Of a DNA stretch of 64,000 bases, positions 1-16,068 are shown piece after piece. Below the pieces are notes generated by a model. It did no database searches. It was not told where the DNA came from and was given only the letters and a program-made list of their open reading frames with translations. The stretch's first letter is position 1. The number at the start of each line of letters is the position of its first letter. The translations under genes were made by a program, and so were the position numbers. Origin of the DNA: Psilocybe cubensis (Eukaryota); NCBI GenBank assembly GCA_017499595.2, contig CM039006.1, positions 1,612,001 to 1,676,000 on the forward strand. Direction: 5' to 3'.

Positions 1-481
1 AGGCAGTAAGAGACCAAAAAAAGAGACTGATTCCCGTCATAAATCAAGATAAAGAAAATGAGGAGGTTGGATGGAGGCAAGCAGAGGCAAGGGTTCGTGT
101 AGTGATTCATGGAAGGGTATTCCAAGAGAAAGAACCTAGGATGATTGAGATGCGTGAAGGCGATCAAGGTTTGAGAGGTTGTGTCGGCGTTGACGTCGGT
201 GGATGGGTGATTAGGGGTTCGACGATCTTGATTGGATATTTGACAGATGTGGCTGGCAGATATTGAACTAATAACAGTGCCGGTGTGTGATAAACAAGTA
301 AAGAAAATTAAATTAACCATTTGATGGATGCTGGATGGATGGGTGGATAGTCTGAGACTAATCGGTTGATTAAGTCTGGTGCGTATTTTCGCTCAATGAC
401 GACGGATGAACTGGAAAGGAGGACGAAAAGCGGGCAATGTGATTGAGGGCAATTAACTATGCCGTGACCGTGCTCGAGTTC

Positions 482-3036
482 CTAAACACGACGTGCCATA
501 TACTCTTGCCAGAGAGTGTCAACAAACGATTTGTCAGTCTAGGCAAAAAAGGACAAATTGTCAGCAAACAAAAAAAGTTGACGAAGAGAAAGAAAAATTC
601 ACGTGTATGAGAGTCAACACTTCCTTCACAAATTCGTTCCTTTCCATCTTCCCAATAGGATTCGGCTGCGCTTCCACGGCCGCAAGCAGACTCCCGCTCA
701 CGGCCTCTGCATCCACTTGGGTTGCATGTCCGTTTGCTTTCGCACGTCCATTAGGCACGGCCTTGCCTTTGCCCTTGTTGGGCGAAGCAATGTTGCTATT
801 ATAGCCATGGCCATTCGCGTGTCCCAGCAACACATTGGCGTTCATCGTAGGCGTCTTCATCTCCGGTATACTCTGTTGGTGCTGCGAGTAGTTCTGGTTC
901 TCAGGCGACGGGCACGGAGATGGCGAGGCAGGTGGGAGGTTCATGAGATCCTGATGAGATATCGCCCTATTCGTAGCAGGCGACGGCATAGGCAAGTCCC
1001 AACTCCTCTCTAACTCCTCCTTAGCCTTGGCGTCTCTCTGCTCCTTCCTGCTTTTCTTTGACTTGCGTCCCTTTGGACTCTCGTCCACACCACCGTAGCC
1101 CGCGTGCCCGTTCTGATACGTAGCAGTGCCGTGCCCGTTGGCTTGCCCTCGCAGACTGACCGCGCTCCTCCTATTCTTCAACACCTTGTCGAATGCAGCC
1201 GGATCGCTCAGCACACTCGTCTCCTCAAAGCTCAGCTCAACAATCTCTCCATCTTCTCCAGCTTCCGAGGCAGACGACTCTTCGACTGGAGCACGCGAAT
1301 ACGGCCATAGTTCTGAATCAGGCTCAAAAGGCACGAGAGTCCTGTTTGCTCTTGGCTTCCCATCAGAACCACCAGTCTCAGGAGTGCTCTGCGCTACTGC
1401 CGAGTCTGCGCGCACAGTCGATATCGAGGACGCGGTCTCGATAGCTGAGGGGAACTGTGGGCGCTGAAGGGCATTGTTGAATGGGCCGCGGGGAGTGACG
1501 TCACCGTTGATTTTCCCGTGCTGGCCTAATCGAGGTGGTGCGAGTCCGAGTGTCTGGAGCAACTCCTGTCCGCCAAGTCCTCTGCGCTGGTTCATTTCTG
1601 GCGTCTCATCCATTAGTCCTCCGGGAGATTCGCTCTCTCCATCGTCTTCGTTGTCGCCTTCGCGAGAGCTGGGGTGTGAGACAGCCGATGCCGAGGTGCT
1701 AAAGGAGGACGCAGCGGATGCCGTTCGGGTGGGCGGCAACCCAAGAAGGTTTGACAAGACATCCTGTGTGAGTACTTGAGGGGCTGAGGTTGATGGCTGA
1801 GGAGCGTATATCGCTGGCTGCTGCTGTTGTTGCTGTGATCCAGCAGAAGCAAAGATAGTATTAAGCAGCGATTTTCCGGTGTTCGAGGTTGCGTAAGGAG
1901 AAGATCCTCCCGAGGATGGACTGGAAGCTGAAGCGAATAAGGTATTGAGACTGATATTCGTGGATTGTTGTTCGTAGGGTTGTTGGTGTATATGCGAGGG
2001 TGTGGGCGGCAAGGAAGGTGTTTGGAGGTTCTGGAAAAGCAGGTCGATCTCCGAAAGTCGATTGCTTGTTGCAGAAGGTGCGTCGGAGTGATTACCCATG
2101 TCGTTTTCGCTGTCGGATTGAGACGTTTGCTGGGACTCTGATTCCGAGTTGGACCCAGCTGCAGACGGCGGTTGGCCAAAGCAAAGCCAAAACAGGATAT
2201 ACACGATAACACACCTTTCGGTCGAGTGGCTGCCCGCAGGCTGTGGGGTGGTGGCGGTTTTCCCGGTCCATATCGTAGTTCCTCTGGATATGGTTTGTTC
2301 TGTCGGATATACGAATGCAATCTGATATGACACTGGTTAAGTCGATCCAAGTCGCGAGGCTGCAGTGCGAACACACCGTTGCATAGTTTGCGTCATGGTG
2401 TCGCGAGACGAGACGGCAAGCATCCACAGACTGATAACGGTTGGAGGTCCTTTATCCTTGGAAGGAATATTTTCGACTCCTGGTACGGCATAGACGTCTG
2501 AGAATCTATCATGCGGCTCGCCGGTAGCTGTAGGCTGGATAGCGCGTAGCCTGGCGGCTAGAAATTTGGGAAAGGATTTGATGATGAGGAAAGCACCACT
2601 GGAAATCAGCTCGTCCTCTGGATATATCGCTTGGATATAGTCTTCAGAACCGACGCGGTTGAGAATGTAGAGACCATAGGGGGGATATGTGTTTCTGGTT
2701 GAACGGAGAATGAATGATGAGAATTTGACGGTATCACGAGACGATGGCTCACCGTTCAAACAAGAACATTGTGCCCTCAAAACCGTGTTTCAGCCACTTT
2801 TCGCCATCATGATGGTAAAGGCAGACGAAGCTGAACTGGTCGAATATTGACATAATCGATGGGTCCCGCCTCCGTAGGACCTTGATGTTGTGGTTATATC
2901 TTGAGGCTGGGGACATGCCCAGACTGACGCCCGCCGGTATCTGGGTTGTGAGTGGGGTAGACGACGAAGACGGAGGTTGGTTCATTTGCTGTGTTGTCGT
3001 TGTGGATTGCGGGGGTAATTTGCGAGTTGGGCCCAT
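482..3036 (-). CDS. DCP1: mRNA decapping complex subunit Dcp1 (EVH1-like N-terminal domain, long low-complexity region); multi-exon
   Basis: N-terminal NIKVLRRRDPSIMSIFDQFSFVCLYHHDGEKWLKHGFEGTMFLFER and YGLYILNRVGSEDY match the Dcp1 domain. The spliced C-terminus reads EFVKEVLTLIH|TDKSFVDTLWQEYMARRV*, with the stop at 482-484. Confidence 0.9.
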
Positions 3037-3203
3037 TTTTGGGTGAGTACGTCGTCTGGAACGGTGGACAAGAGGCTTTACAATGGCCCGCGCAACTCCG
3101 ATTGCATCTGTTTGGCGACCACAGACAAACCAAACATTACCTAATCACGAATTTCTTTCCAGTTGACCGCCGCGAGTCGCGACGGACTGTAAGGCTTGCC
3201 ACA

Positions 3204-4123
3204 ATGACCACCACCTTCCTCCAGCAGCGCAGCGCTGCCCAGTCGGCCGGCTTTGCCATCATCCGCAGGATCCTCGCCACCCACTCGTTTCCTGATGGTG
3301 TCACCACAAAGCAACTCTACAAGCTCGCAGTCCAGGAACCAATTCCTCAGGGCTTCCAACCATATCCTCTCGGAATAAAGTACCCAAAAGCACCCTCGAA
3401 GCCAGTTAAACAGAAGTCTTCAAAGGTTGTGGTGAAAGAACCATCATACCCAGAACACCCAGAACACCCCATTCGCTCCATCAGGTACCGTCGCTTGTCC
3501 TTTCGACACGCAGACTCAGCTTTACTCAACCACGAACTAGATTCCTCAAAGAGTACATTCTCCCGTTCTTGCAGGGTATGCGTGAAATCAAAATGACACC
3601 GCAGCCACGCACACGCCCCATTTCCGAGTCTGAGTTGACGAACAAGAAGAAGAAGAAGAGAGACACGTCCATTGAGTGGGTGTGGAAGGTGATTCCTCCA
3701 AACGAGCGGATGCCGCCTCCAGGGCCGCCCAAGCAGAAGGAAGTTGTTGGCACAGAGGTCGGTGTGGGGCTAGATACCTCGCATTTGAACAAGCGAAGAC
3801 AGGAAGCGCGTGTGGGCAAAGTCAGTCGGGAAGTGGACAGGCTCAAGGCGTACAAGCGCTTCACCGACGTGCGCGACCCGTTAATGGAGCGGCTTGAGGG
3901 CAGCGCTGAGGTCCTCGAGAGAGTTCATAAGAAAATGGAGAAGTCCCCTGATGCCGGTCTCGACGTCCTTGCCACTGAAGCCAAGAAGGCGAGCAAAGCG
4001 AAGGCGAGCAAAGCGCTGCCTCGACGAGCGCCATTTACACCGATAGCTGGCCCAGTGCTCAGAGCCAAATTAGACGCTGCCCGAAAACAAACTGCATACA
4101 AAAACCAACCGCAAGACGCTTAA
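3204..4123 (+). CDS. Hypothetical basic (K/R-rich) protein, two exons
   Basis: ATG at 3204 and a GT..AG intron at about 3485-3540 join ORFs 2991-3596 and 3569-4123 (HPIRSIR|FLKEYILPFLQGMREIK). Family not recognised. Confidence 0.7.
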
Positions 4124-4292
4124 TCGGTGTCTACCTATTCTATCTGCCCTTACTCGAGGATCCCTGTACTGAACTTAATATATTTTCTATTCGTGCTTTC
4201 GTTGTTAATGAATCTTTACAGACGTCTTGATCATATAATGGGCAAGTCTGTTTACTTTACTATTTTTACGAACGTATTTCATTAACTTTAAA

Positions 4293-5211
4293 CGAGCTTT
4301 ATGACCCGTCGCTACGCGCCGTGGGGTGAGCGAAGCGAACACACTTGCTTCGCTGACGGGCCAACAGCTCGCGGGGGCTGCGCCCCTCGACCCCGTCGGC
4401 GCTTCGCGCCTCCTCATTGATACATTATTTCAATTTAATCTTTTTATCCCTTTGTATTCTTTCCCTGTAGTACCATACACAACCCGTCAGATATGACTTG
4501 TGGATTTTATAGATATTTTCACCAAATTTATAAACCCAGTACCCATTGGAATAGTCGGAAACCATGTGTAGCACATTGGATAACCCATCAAGTTGAACAT
4601 TTCAGGAGGTATTCTGAGGCTTTTACAGACTTATATTCAATTGTCAATATTTTATTTTGTACACAAATGTACTTAATAGCAAATCATATCAACTTGAAAA
4701 GGCACACCTCAAAATTTTTGCCAAAGATCTATTCTCTTGAACCCGTTCATCTCTGTGCTGTAGCATCTGGGAACCCATCAGGCTGAATCTTTCAGGAACA
4801 CAGAGATGCCCTTAGAACACCCAAAAAAATGCTCACACTTTCATTTTGTACACGGATATGCATTGCAAATACATTGCATCCAAAACAAACGAACCCGTTT
4901 ACCTCACATTGTGATTATTCACGCCGTGCTCACCTCCCGCATCTGACCACGCGCGGCGTGCGTATTTGCGTATTTATTTGGTTCAAACTAAAATACTTCA
5001 CCTCCCACATCTGACTCCGCACGGCGTGCGCGTATTTGCTTGGTTCAAAGAAAAATACTCATGCATTAAAACGAACGAACCCGTTCACCTCATTCACGCC
5101 GCGCGCATCTCGCATCTGACCGCGCGCGGCGTGCGCGTATTTGTTTGGTTGGGAGTCTTGCTTATGTAAAATTTAGGTAAGCAACGACACCACCCTCTCT
5201 TAATATATAGA
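4293..5211 (-). mobile_element. Non-autonomous Helitron (~919 bp)
   Basis: On the minus strand it starts A|TCTATATATTAAGAG (5211) and ends with GC-rich hairpins followed by ATAAAGCTCG|T (4293). It is inserted between A and T with no TSD, carries internal tandem repeats and has no real ORF. Confidence 0.75.
4885..5150. repeat. Degenerate tandem repeats inside the Helitron
   Basis: Three copies of CATCTGAC..GC(G/A)CGGCGTGCG..TATTTG..TTGGTT at about 4940, 5008 and 5113; AAACGAACCCGTT-like motif twice. Confidence 0.8.
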
Positions 5212-5328
5212 TTCTCACAGGTAAAACGTCCCAATTTTGAGAAGTGCAATACACATACAAAAATGGTTATATGTAACAAGATACATCATAGATTAACACG
5301 GCAGATTCATACAGGTCATTATACTTTA

Positions 5329-7139
5329 TCATTTCCTGGAAGAAATCCATACGGGACATTCGGGTCCTCTCTTGGTGCTTTCTGCCGACGCCAAACGCCA
5401 AAAGTCAGGAAATAACTCAATACAAACACTGAAATTGGACATCGCACATACCACACTACTAGGCGTGCCCTCAGTGTCTACACTCAACACATCCCCTTCT
5501 GCGCTTCGCTTTCTTCTGTCTTCGACGCGTCCATGTTTCTGTTTGTCGCCTGGCGCCACAGTCCTCTGACTCTTTCTATCAACATCAACATCCCCCAATC
5601 TAATCACCAGCCTATCCCTTGCAACAATGATAGTCGATCTGGCCCTCGTCCTGCGGGACATGCGCTCCGTACTCCTTGTTTCTGTCTCTGTCGGGCTCTG
5701 GCTTCGGCTCTGCTCAGAAGCGAAAATCCGATTCTGAGATCCTATCGTCGCAGTTCCGTCATCCTCAACGTCCGAGCCCGTCACGAACCGACCGTTCACA
5801 ATCTGCATGCGGTTATTCAAAATGACGAGCATCGTGTTCGCATATACCTTGGACACCGTGAGTCCAGGCACGATGAACGCCGGCGAGGTCGCAAAGTACA
5901 AGCATAAATGCAGGATTGCGAAAATTGCTGTGAGTGTGTGAGCATGTTATGTGTGAGAACAGCGCGAGCACGCAAAACTCGTTTTCTCTTTTGTCTTTTC
6001 TTTTTTTTTGACAAGTGGCAGAATTAATTAAGGACTCGCGAGCTTTAAAGCTAACAACTCGGGCGGGGTTGGGCGACGTGTGATAACACACGCTGTATAT
6101 CCAATTACAAGCAGAGACTGCTCACCTGTCAATCCACCTGTCTCTATAAGCAACCGAACAAGTTTGACGATCATAATATGCGTTTGCCGGAGTCCAGTCC
6201 CATGTCGCATAAGCTGTTGAAAAAAAAAAGACCAATGGCATCAGTGAACACTGTCAGCCTTCTTTTGATTTTCGCACGTACATAGTAGGGCATGCACAGG
6301 GCGATGGTGATATCACAGATTGCACCAACGCCGTTCCACACCTGAAAACATTCAGCAACATGCATATCAACCTCTTTTTCTTCATCGCACAGTACAATAA
6401 TTAAATCGACGACTTACTCCGATAGACGCAAATGATCCCGAGTTGTCGTCGTTGTCCAACAATATTGAAAACCTACGAGCTTGGAAGAATGCCCTCGCCG
6501 AGATAAGCGCCGAGACGATTGACGCAAGAGCAAGCTAATCGAAGGGAGTATAAAAGGATGCCATAGAATTATTGATTAATCCTATAGACAGGGTACGCAC
6601 CGTGCTAATTATTAGAGGGCCTCCTTTCGACTTCTTTCCAGACACCCTCCACATTCGATACGCGAAAAAGAGTTGTGCAATCCCTCCTGCTAAACACATT
6701 GGTTACTTGGCAATCTTTCAAGCGATGTCTATTGAAAAACAGCTCACAGATACCTCCACTGATTGGGATACTAAACCAGTACATCCGCATGTCGTCAACA
6801 CCTGCGGCATCTGATAGAGAGGCCGCAAAGGTAACAAATACATCATGCGATACCATCCCCGTTTGCGCCGTCTCAAGCAACAGCATGATGTATACAAGCG
6901 TCTTCGCCAACACCCTGTCGTTTGGGAAAGCGAGGTAATAGCCATCTTCAAAGGTCCATTGATCCTACGTTAACACTCCTGGCAAAAATGTATGGGTAAG
7001 CGGACTTACATGTTTGTGTGACCAACACCCCAAGCAATCCCCAGTTAAAGAATGCGGCCAGAATCTGTCGTTTGCAACGGAAATGCTGCAAGTTAGAGTT
7101 GTGCACGGAGCCCCAGAAGACAGATGAAATATTCACCAA
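5329..7139 (-). CDS. Basidiomycete multi-pass membrane protein (DUF6534-type); multi-exon, start codon uncertain
   Basis: Segments QILAAFFNWGLLGVLVTQ, LAFPNDRVLAKTLVYIMLLLETAQT, WNGVGAICDITIALCM, IVKLVRLLIETGGLT and SKVYANTMLVILNNR are typical of this agaric family. Confidence 0.8.
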
Positions 7140-8468
7140 AGCAGCTGCACTGCTCCCCAGTACTCGTCAATGTCACATCTTCAAACTGTCGACACTAGTC
7201 AGGTATATAGAATGGATACGCACATGTTTTGGGTAGCTTCCGGCGCTTCCGCATCGTCAATGGCGCTCATTTCTCAGAATGACGGGGATCGGGACACATA
7301 TATGTGAGCGAAGGATATAGACGTGGTATAAGTAGACGTCAGAAATGGAGAACGTTAAATCAGTTCCCATGGATATGTATGGAGAGATAGCGCACTGTGC
7401 GACTGCCATTCGACTTAAGGGTTCATGGCGCTTTCAAGGGGGTTAATGATGCCCAATCGGTCACCTGTATGTATATTTGTATCACTCTATGAGTCAAATC
7501 TGCGGCTCTCTGAGTGATGATGATATCTCCAGCATAGCACTTGATATTTAGAAATGACACACGTTCAACCTTGGTTGATATCCTGACACCGCTGGCGCTC
7601 ATACATATTTTCAAAGAAAATAAGACCCAGTAATTATGTTTCCTATATTTTTTGACGTATTTTATTGGAATATAGGCTTCGGGCTTCCCTAATTGGGTAA
7701 CCCCGGACTCTATATACGAGAAAAATACGTCAAAAACCAACAGGAAACATAATTACCGATACATATTTTTCTATCAAATATGTATCAGCGCCAGCAGTGT
7801 GATACTCCGTCTGAGAGCTATTAGTGCAAATTTTCATCGTATGACGGAACTGGCGTCTAACCGAGTCCTCGGGTAAGATATGAATTCTTTCCTGGAGATG
7901 CACTGGTATTTAACACGAAGTTGAGACTGATAGACTTACCAGTTCGCTGGTATCCTGCCGTTTTTACGTTTCTCGTTCATGTATTGAATGAAAGTGTGCT
8001 AAAAATAGACTGGTTTCAAATAAGGCAACATTTCATCCAATCACAGGCGCCGAACAGTGAACGTGCACGCGCCTGCAAATGGAATCGGTGGTTGGCCAAA
8101 AGGTTTGAATGCGAAATCAAACCTTCTATCCAGCTTTTACTTGATCTTTGATGTCTATTTTAGAGAATTAAACGAACAGTATCTACGATATTTTTATTTT
8201 ACCATGGATATCCTTCGGAAATGAAATGCTACACCCCGCCGGATCATATCAGAGTAGCACCACAGTACGCCTTAACAGTGTGTCCAAGATGTATGAGATG
8301 TTGTGGAGACAAAATAGGCGCGCGTAGTATAATAAAAGCACTGCTTCGAACTTCATACTTGATATTTTTCTAAACTTTCTGGCATCAAACACCCATCATG
8401 CTGTGGGTTTAAGGCGGACCCAGCTGCTCAGTGTTGGCTCGCCCATCAAGACCTAGTAGATCGCCTCA

Positions 8469-10813
<2,345 letters not shown>

Positions 10814-12123
10814 CTTGCGTTGGTATGTTCCAGTGGCTCAAGCGGCGGGGGGTGATTGAAATAACGGGCGCAGGGATGGCAAAGCATTTTAAGAGACAAC
10901 GGTGTTCTTCCAATCGCCTTACATAGATCCAGTTTACTCACAAGGCTGGTCAATTCCACCGAGAAATGGCCGACGCAGGGTTTATCACTTGACATGGATT
11001 TTAAAGATAGTCGTGCCGCCTTTCCCTGCCAGTACTAACAAAACTAAAACGATATGCATAACAGGGCGTCTATGAGGCTGCTGATATTAAACTGTGGGAA
11101 AGAAGAGGGATATGAATCAGTAAATGGCCAACGGTGTGAGGTTTCAGGATTTTCTTACATTGGCGGCCGAGGCCAGGCAAATGTCGACAGAGTGACATAT
11201 AGCAGAAAAAGAGGGATGCACTAACGAAAACTTGATGGACTATTCTTGTTCTTAGACGTTAGGCTCGTAAGCTGTTCAGTGGATTCCAGTTCAAAGAAAA
11301 ATTTGAAAACTGAACTTCGGGAATCGGCGCGAAAGCTGGCGCTGAGGCTTGGCTAATGAAATTGGTGCACGTGGTGGCGCCGCCACACCCTCGATCTGGG
11401 ATCACCTCATTCCCAACAAAATTGACTGAATTTGTTCGGTGGTCCCGGTCAGCACAAGCTAACTTCAGATTCAGACCTTTTCATGTACAATTGACAGCAC
11501 CATACGCTTTAAAAGAGCTTTAAAACTTGTTGCTTTTTGTCATTTCACTTAGCAATCAATCTACGGGGCGGCCGAGAAACTCGAGGAAACGCAAGCAGCC
11601 AATTCTTCATTATAGGACACGCATTACTGCTTTTTGAAATTTGTCAGATCGATCCCAAATCTACACTCTTCTACACTACGTGTCCGAGAAGAGGACAAAC
11701 GAAGTACAAACGATTTGTTATTGCAGAGTATTGAGATCGATGGATTTTTTTACCTTTGCATTGCAACGCTGATCTATCTTATTTCTCACAGCCAATTCTT
11801 TTGGGAGACATACGGCGAGGCCAGCCAATGATGTAGTAATGGGGTTTACTTCGGTTGTAGGCCTCCTACTCTGAATCGCCCCTAAATTCTAGAATGTGGC
11901 CTGTTCCTGGATATTGTGGTTACGTACATGAAACAACGACTACGGTGCTAAACGCGAGACGGAAGCAAAGGGAAATGAATTTGCGCGATGATGGTTTGTG
12001 AAAGTCACCTGGGGTTGAAGTGCAGCATATTGAACCAGACTAAGTTCTCGCTTTACAAGCTAGGAAAATTCATCTTTGTGTTAGAAGTTAAGCCAAAATA
12101 TATCATCGACATTTGGAAACTCG

Positions 12124-13578
12124 TTAGGCCTTACTAGAACTATATACCTCCTTCTCTACGTGTACCTTGAACTCCAAATTATTATACATGGTTCCATGAT
12201 CAGCAGCAATGTTATCCTCGCTATCATTCATACCGGACTTGGTATGCGAAACTGTATACATGGGTATCTCGACGTTAGCACTCTTCCCGTGCATCGAGAC
12301 AGAGTGAACGGCGGAGTGCGTGTGACCAGAGCGCTGCATGCTCAGAGCAATGGGATTGCTCGGTTTTCCTTGACTGGTCTTCCCGGTGCTAGATTGGCCG
12401 GTAATCTTTCGACGCAAGAATCGGAATGTTGGTGATAGAGCAGGGAAACATGACACGTAGAAGCCAATGTAGACCTCTAGATCTGTCCATATAGAAGCTT
12501 TGAGGATATTGACTAAGACGCCAGCGTCAGTTTCGATATAGTATGCCAATTTCATTGACTCACATGTAGTGTCAATACCCATATCTATAGTGACAATCAC
12601 ACTGAAACGAATTATGGCGCATACAACGGCGAAGGTCCCTACCTCGGCATTTAGCGCCCAGGTCTAAGCTACATCATAATCTAGGAAAGTACACTCACCG
12701 ACACCAAAAATAGCCGTCAAACGAATCTGCATGTCACGGAACATGAGAAGCTTCCAAATGACAAAAAGTGGTGCTGCAAGGCAGAATGCGTCGACAACGA
12801 TACCAATGCCAGCATGCGCATAAAATAGCTTCGCTTGGTCGGCAGAGCTCATGCATGTTTTATCCTTGATACTCATATCCCACAACGCCCTAAATTTTTC
12901 ACCATGAGGAGTTGATATATAGTTTAAAATACATCTACTCACTTTGGTGGTCGACATTGGAAAGCAAAAAGAAAGAAAATAATCAAGGCCTGAATTGTCG
13001 TCGTTACGAGCGCAACCCAAACGACTCTATTGTATATCTCTGTAAAATAAATAAATATTCTTTCCTCATACAAACTCGGGAATACTCACTTGAGTTATGG
13101 AATCGAAGAAGGAATAGAATGATCGAAAGTTTAATAAAATATGATGAGGACATGTAAAGCAGTTGCATCGTCGGCAGATTGAAAAAGAAGGCCTCTACAT
13201 CCTTTGGATGGATATCCACGAGATGTCTTCCAGCTCCATGTTTCACCTCTAAGAAAAAAGGTCAAAGAAAGATAAGAAAAACAAAATTCCGTCAAGCACA
13301 TACCTATTATTTCAAAGGCGCTAAGTGTCATCAATAAGCCCTACAAACGTTTTTGATAAGAAATAGATGAGAAGTCAGAAAATACGAAGACTCACGAAAG
13401 CTACTGTGGCTGCATAATCATCAGCTCCCCAATTTTTCATGGCGACCAAACGGATGTAAACGCGATGGAAAAAGAAAACGGCCGCAAGGACAATCAAGGA
13501 AATATTAAGGTTCCTTGAAATATGGCCATGGTCCTCAACAGGCCCAACAGGAGGTGTCCAGCTCAAAGGGTCAGCCAT
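12124..13578 (-). CDS. PTH11-like (fungal rhodopsin-domain) integral membrane protein without CFEM; multi-exon
   Basis: Motifs RVYIRL..WGADDY, GAGRHL, YFIKLSIILFLLR and WTDLEVYIGFYVSCFPALSPTFR, then an S/T-rich cytoplasmic tail. Confidence 0.85.
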
Positions 13579-14814
13579 GAGTACCGAACAAATGGAAAAG
13601 AGAAAAAAGGCGAGAAGTTAGAAGGAAACGAAAGCAATTAAATAGTACACCGTTACGGGTACTTGGGGGGCACAATTTGGGACGCCAACGTCTGATCATA
13701 AAGTTACACATACCGAGGACACCCCACGTGGATACTAAAACGGGTTAGCGATGTTCATACTCGTAATTGACGTGCTGAGTTGTTCTTCTGTGGCTTGATT
13801 GAATATTGCAGCAACAGAACTTCGGCCATCAGACCTGAATATTGTATTCGTCGTCATTGATGTGGCTACCGATAACCTTTGCCAATTCATTCACTCCAGA
13901 CTTCCTACGATTTTTTCCAAAACAAATTCCATAGGCCACTGTACTGGTCCATATCTCCTTGGTCACACTCGAATAATGATAGGAGCATCATAAAGTCGTT
14001 ATCACCTCTGTACGGACAAAAAAATAAGAAGGACATGGCGACTTTTAAATAGATATATCCTCATTAAGCAACTTGCGTATTTCCGATAGTACGCACAATA
14101 TATTTGGCTTTTCGGTGTGATGTGTTTGGGTGTTCACACGTTAGGAAGACAAATTGTAATTTAATCCCCTTTCAAGTTGCATGAAATCAGATCTAACCAG
14201 ATTTGGATGGCGATGATCAGCGAAAATTGGATACTGTCTCAGAGTAAGAGTGAATCTTTGCGAACTGATCTCACAGAGGCTACGACAATTTTTTGGCCAA
14301 CAACGTGTCGAAGCAAAACGCGTTCTTATATCTGAACGTAGATATGAGGGATCTTTCTCCCTTACCAAAAAATATGCGTACATCAGAATCCAGGTTCCAG
14401 TATCTGTTTTGCAGATTGATGGCAGATATCCGAGTTTTAATTCGGTCGGTATAATATGGTTCTGAGATACGTGTTACATTCTGTTGCATTCAATCAAAGC
14501 TTGCTTAGAGCGGAAGAGAACCCATAGTAGGTCATATTGAGGAGTATATATCTGTTAAAGAGAACTGAAAGAAATGGAAGTTTTAGCGCTTGTCTGCGCT
14601 TGTGGGTGTCGTGATATATCATCTACCTTGAAGTGGTGACGGCATATCAGAGATTGTGCCTGGACCAACAGCTTTGCGTGCCCTCGCACGAAAACTTAAG
14701 GCACGCGTGGTTTTACTCTCAGAAATAATGAGCACATTGTGTGCCGTTTCGGTGTTAAGCAACTAGTTATAAGGGGAAACATTTTGGGGATGAGCCGGTT
14801 AACATCTTCCCAGA

Positions 14815-16068
14815 ATGAAGTTTTCTGTCCTTACGAGTCTTCTCGCACTTGCTACTGCTACGTACGCGGCCAAATGCACCAATCCATTAGTGAGAAAGGA
14901 ATGGTACGCCTTTTATTTTATTATATTGGAGAAAAGTTTAATCCGTTCGTTTAGGCGCACACTCAATCCGTTGGAGAAATTTTCATACCTTGCCGCTGTA
15001 AGATGCCTTCAGTCTATCCCCGCCAAGTCGAGGTCAAACATTCCTGGTGCCTTGAGCCGGTTTGATGACTTTTCTGGGACGCACATTCTGCAGACCGACA
15101 ATATTCATTTCGTTGTGAGTATTTATGTTCTCATAACGTAAACGAGGCATACTCACTTAAAGGATGATACAGGGTCATTTCCAACCATGGCATCGATACT
15201 TCGTCGCTACGTACGAGAAAGCTCTCAGGCAGGAGTGTGGGTACTTTGGGGCTCAGCCGTGAGTTATAATTCTAAATGATTGGGGATTCGAGTGGAGGCT
15301 GATGCTATATTACAAGTTATTGGGACTGGTCCCTTGATGCTACGTCACCTGAAAATTTTATGAAATCCCCCGTATTTGATTCCGTCCTTGGGTTCGGTGG
15401 TAACGGACCTTACACGGAAGAAGGTGTCGTTGCTGCTCCTTTCGAAATCCCTGGACGTACAGGAGGTGGATGCGTTAGAGACGGACCCTTTGCTCACCAA
15501 AGGCTCCATGTTGGACCAGGAAACTCAGTCGCCCCCAACTCCTACTGCCTGACTCGTGATTTCAGCCCCATCATCGTTATGAGTGCTCTAAACACTTCCG
15601 TTGTCAATAGAGTACTTTCTCAACCCGATTTCAACAATTTCGATATCGTTCTCCAGGGTGGCATTACCCTTGAAACATTCACAGTCCATGCCGGAGGACA
15701 TTTGGGTGTCGGAGGGAAGTTTGGAACCATTGCCGACGTCTATTCCAGTCCTGGTGGTGAGTGCATTTTGGTATCTGCAAGTCGAAAGTAGCCTGATTAG
15801 GCGTATTTTTCCATCAGATCCTCTCTTCTATCTTCACCACGCCAACCTCGACCGTCTCTGGACAAAGTGGCAGTCAGCCAATGCATCTCGTCTCACTGAC
15901 ATTTCTGGCCCTGTTTCGAAATTCGGACCTCCGTTCGGCGACGCACCTAATAGCCAGAATGTCACCTTGAACTTTGGCATCAACCTGGGCAAACTCGCCC
16001 CGGCCATTACCGTTGGAGACGTTATGAACACCCAGGGGAACACGCTCTGCTACAAATATGCTTCATAA
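14815..16068 (+). CDS. Secreted tyrosinase / di-copper-centre protein; multi-exon
   Basis: Signal peptide, then CTNPLVRKEWRTL; CuA region H..IHFVGHFQPWHR; PYWDW; CuB region HAGGH...SPGDPLFYLHHANLDRLW. Confidence 0.93.

Noticed and set aside
493-2427. Numerous overlapping ORFs in the ORF track
   Set aside because: Antisense or alternate-frame shadows of the GC-rich DCP1 coding region.
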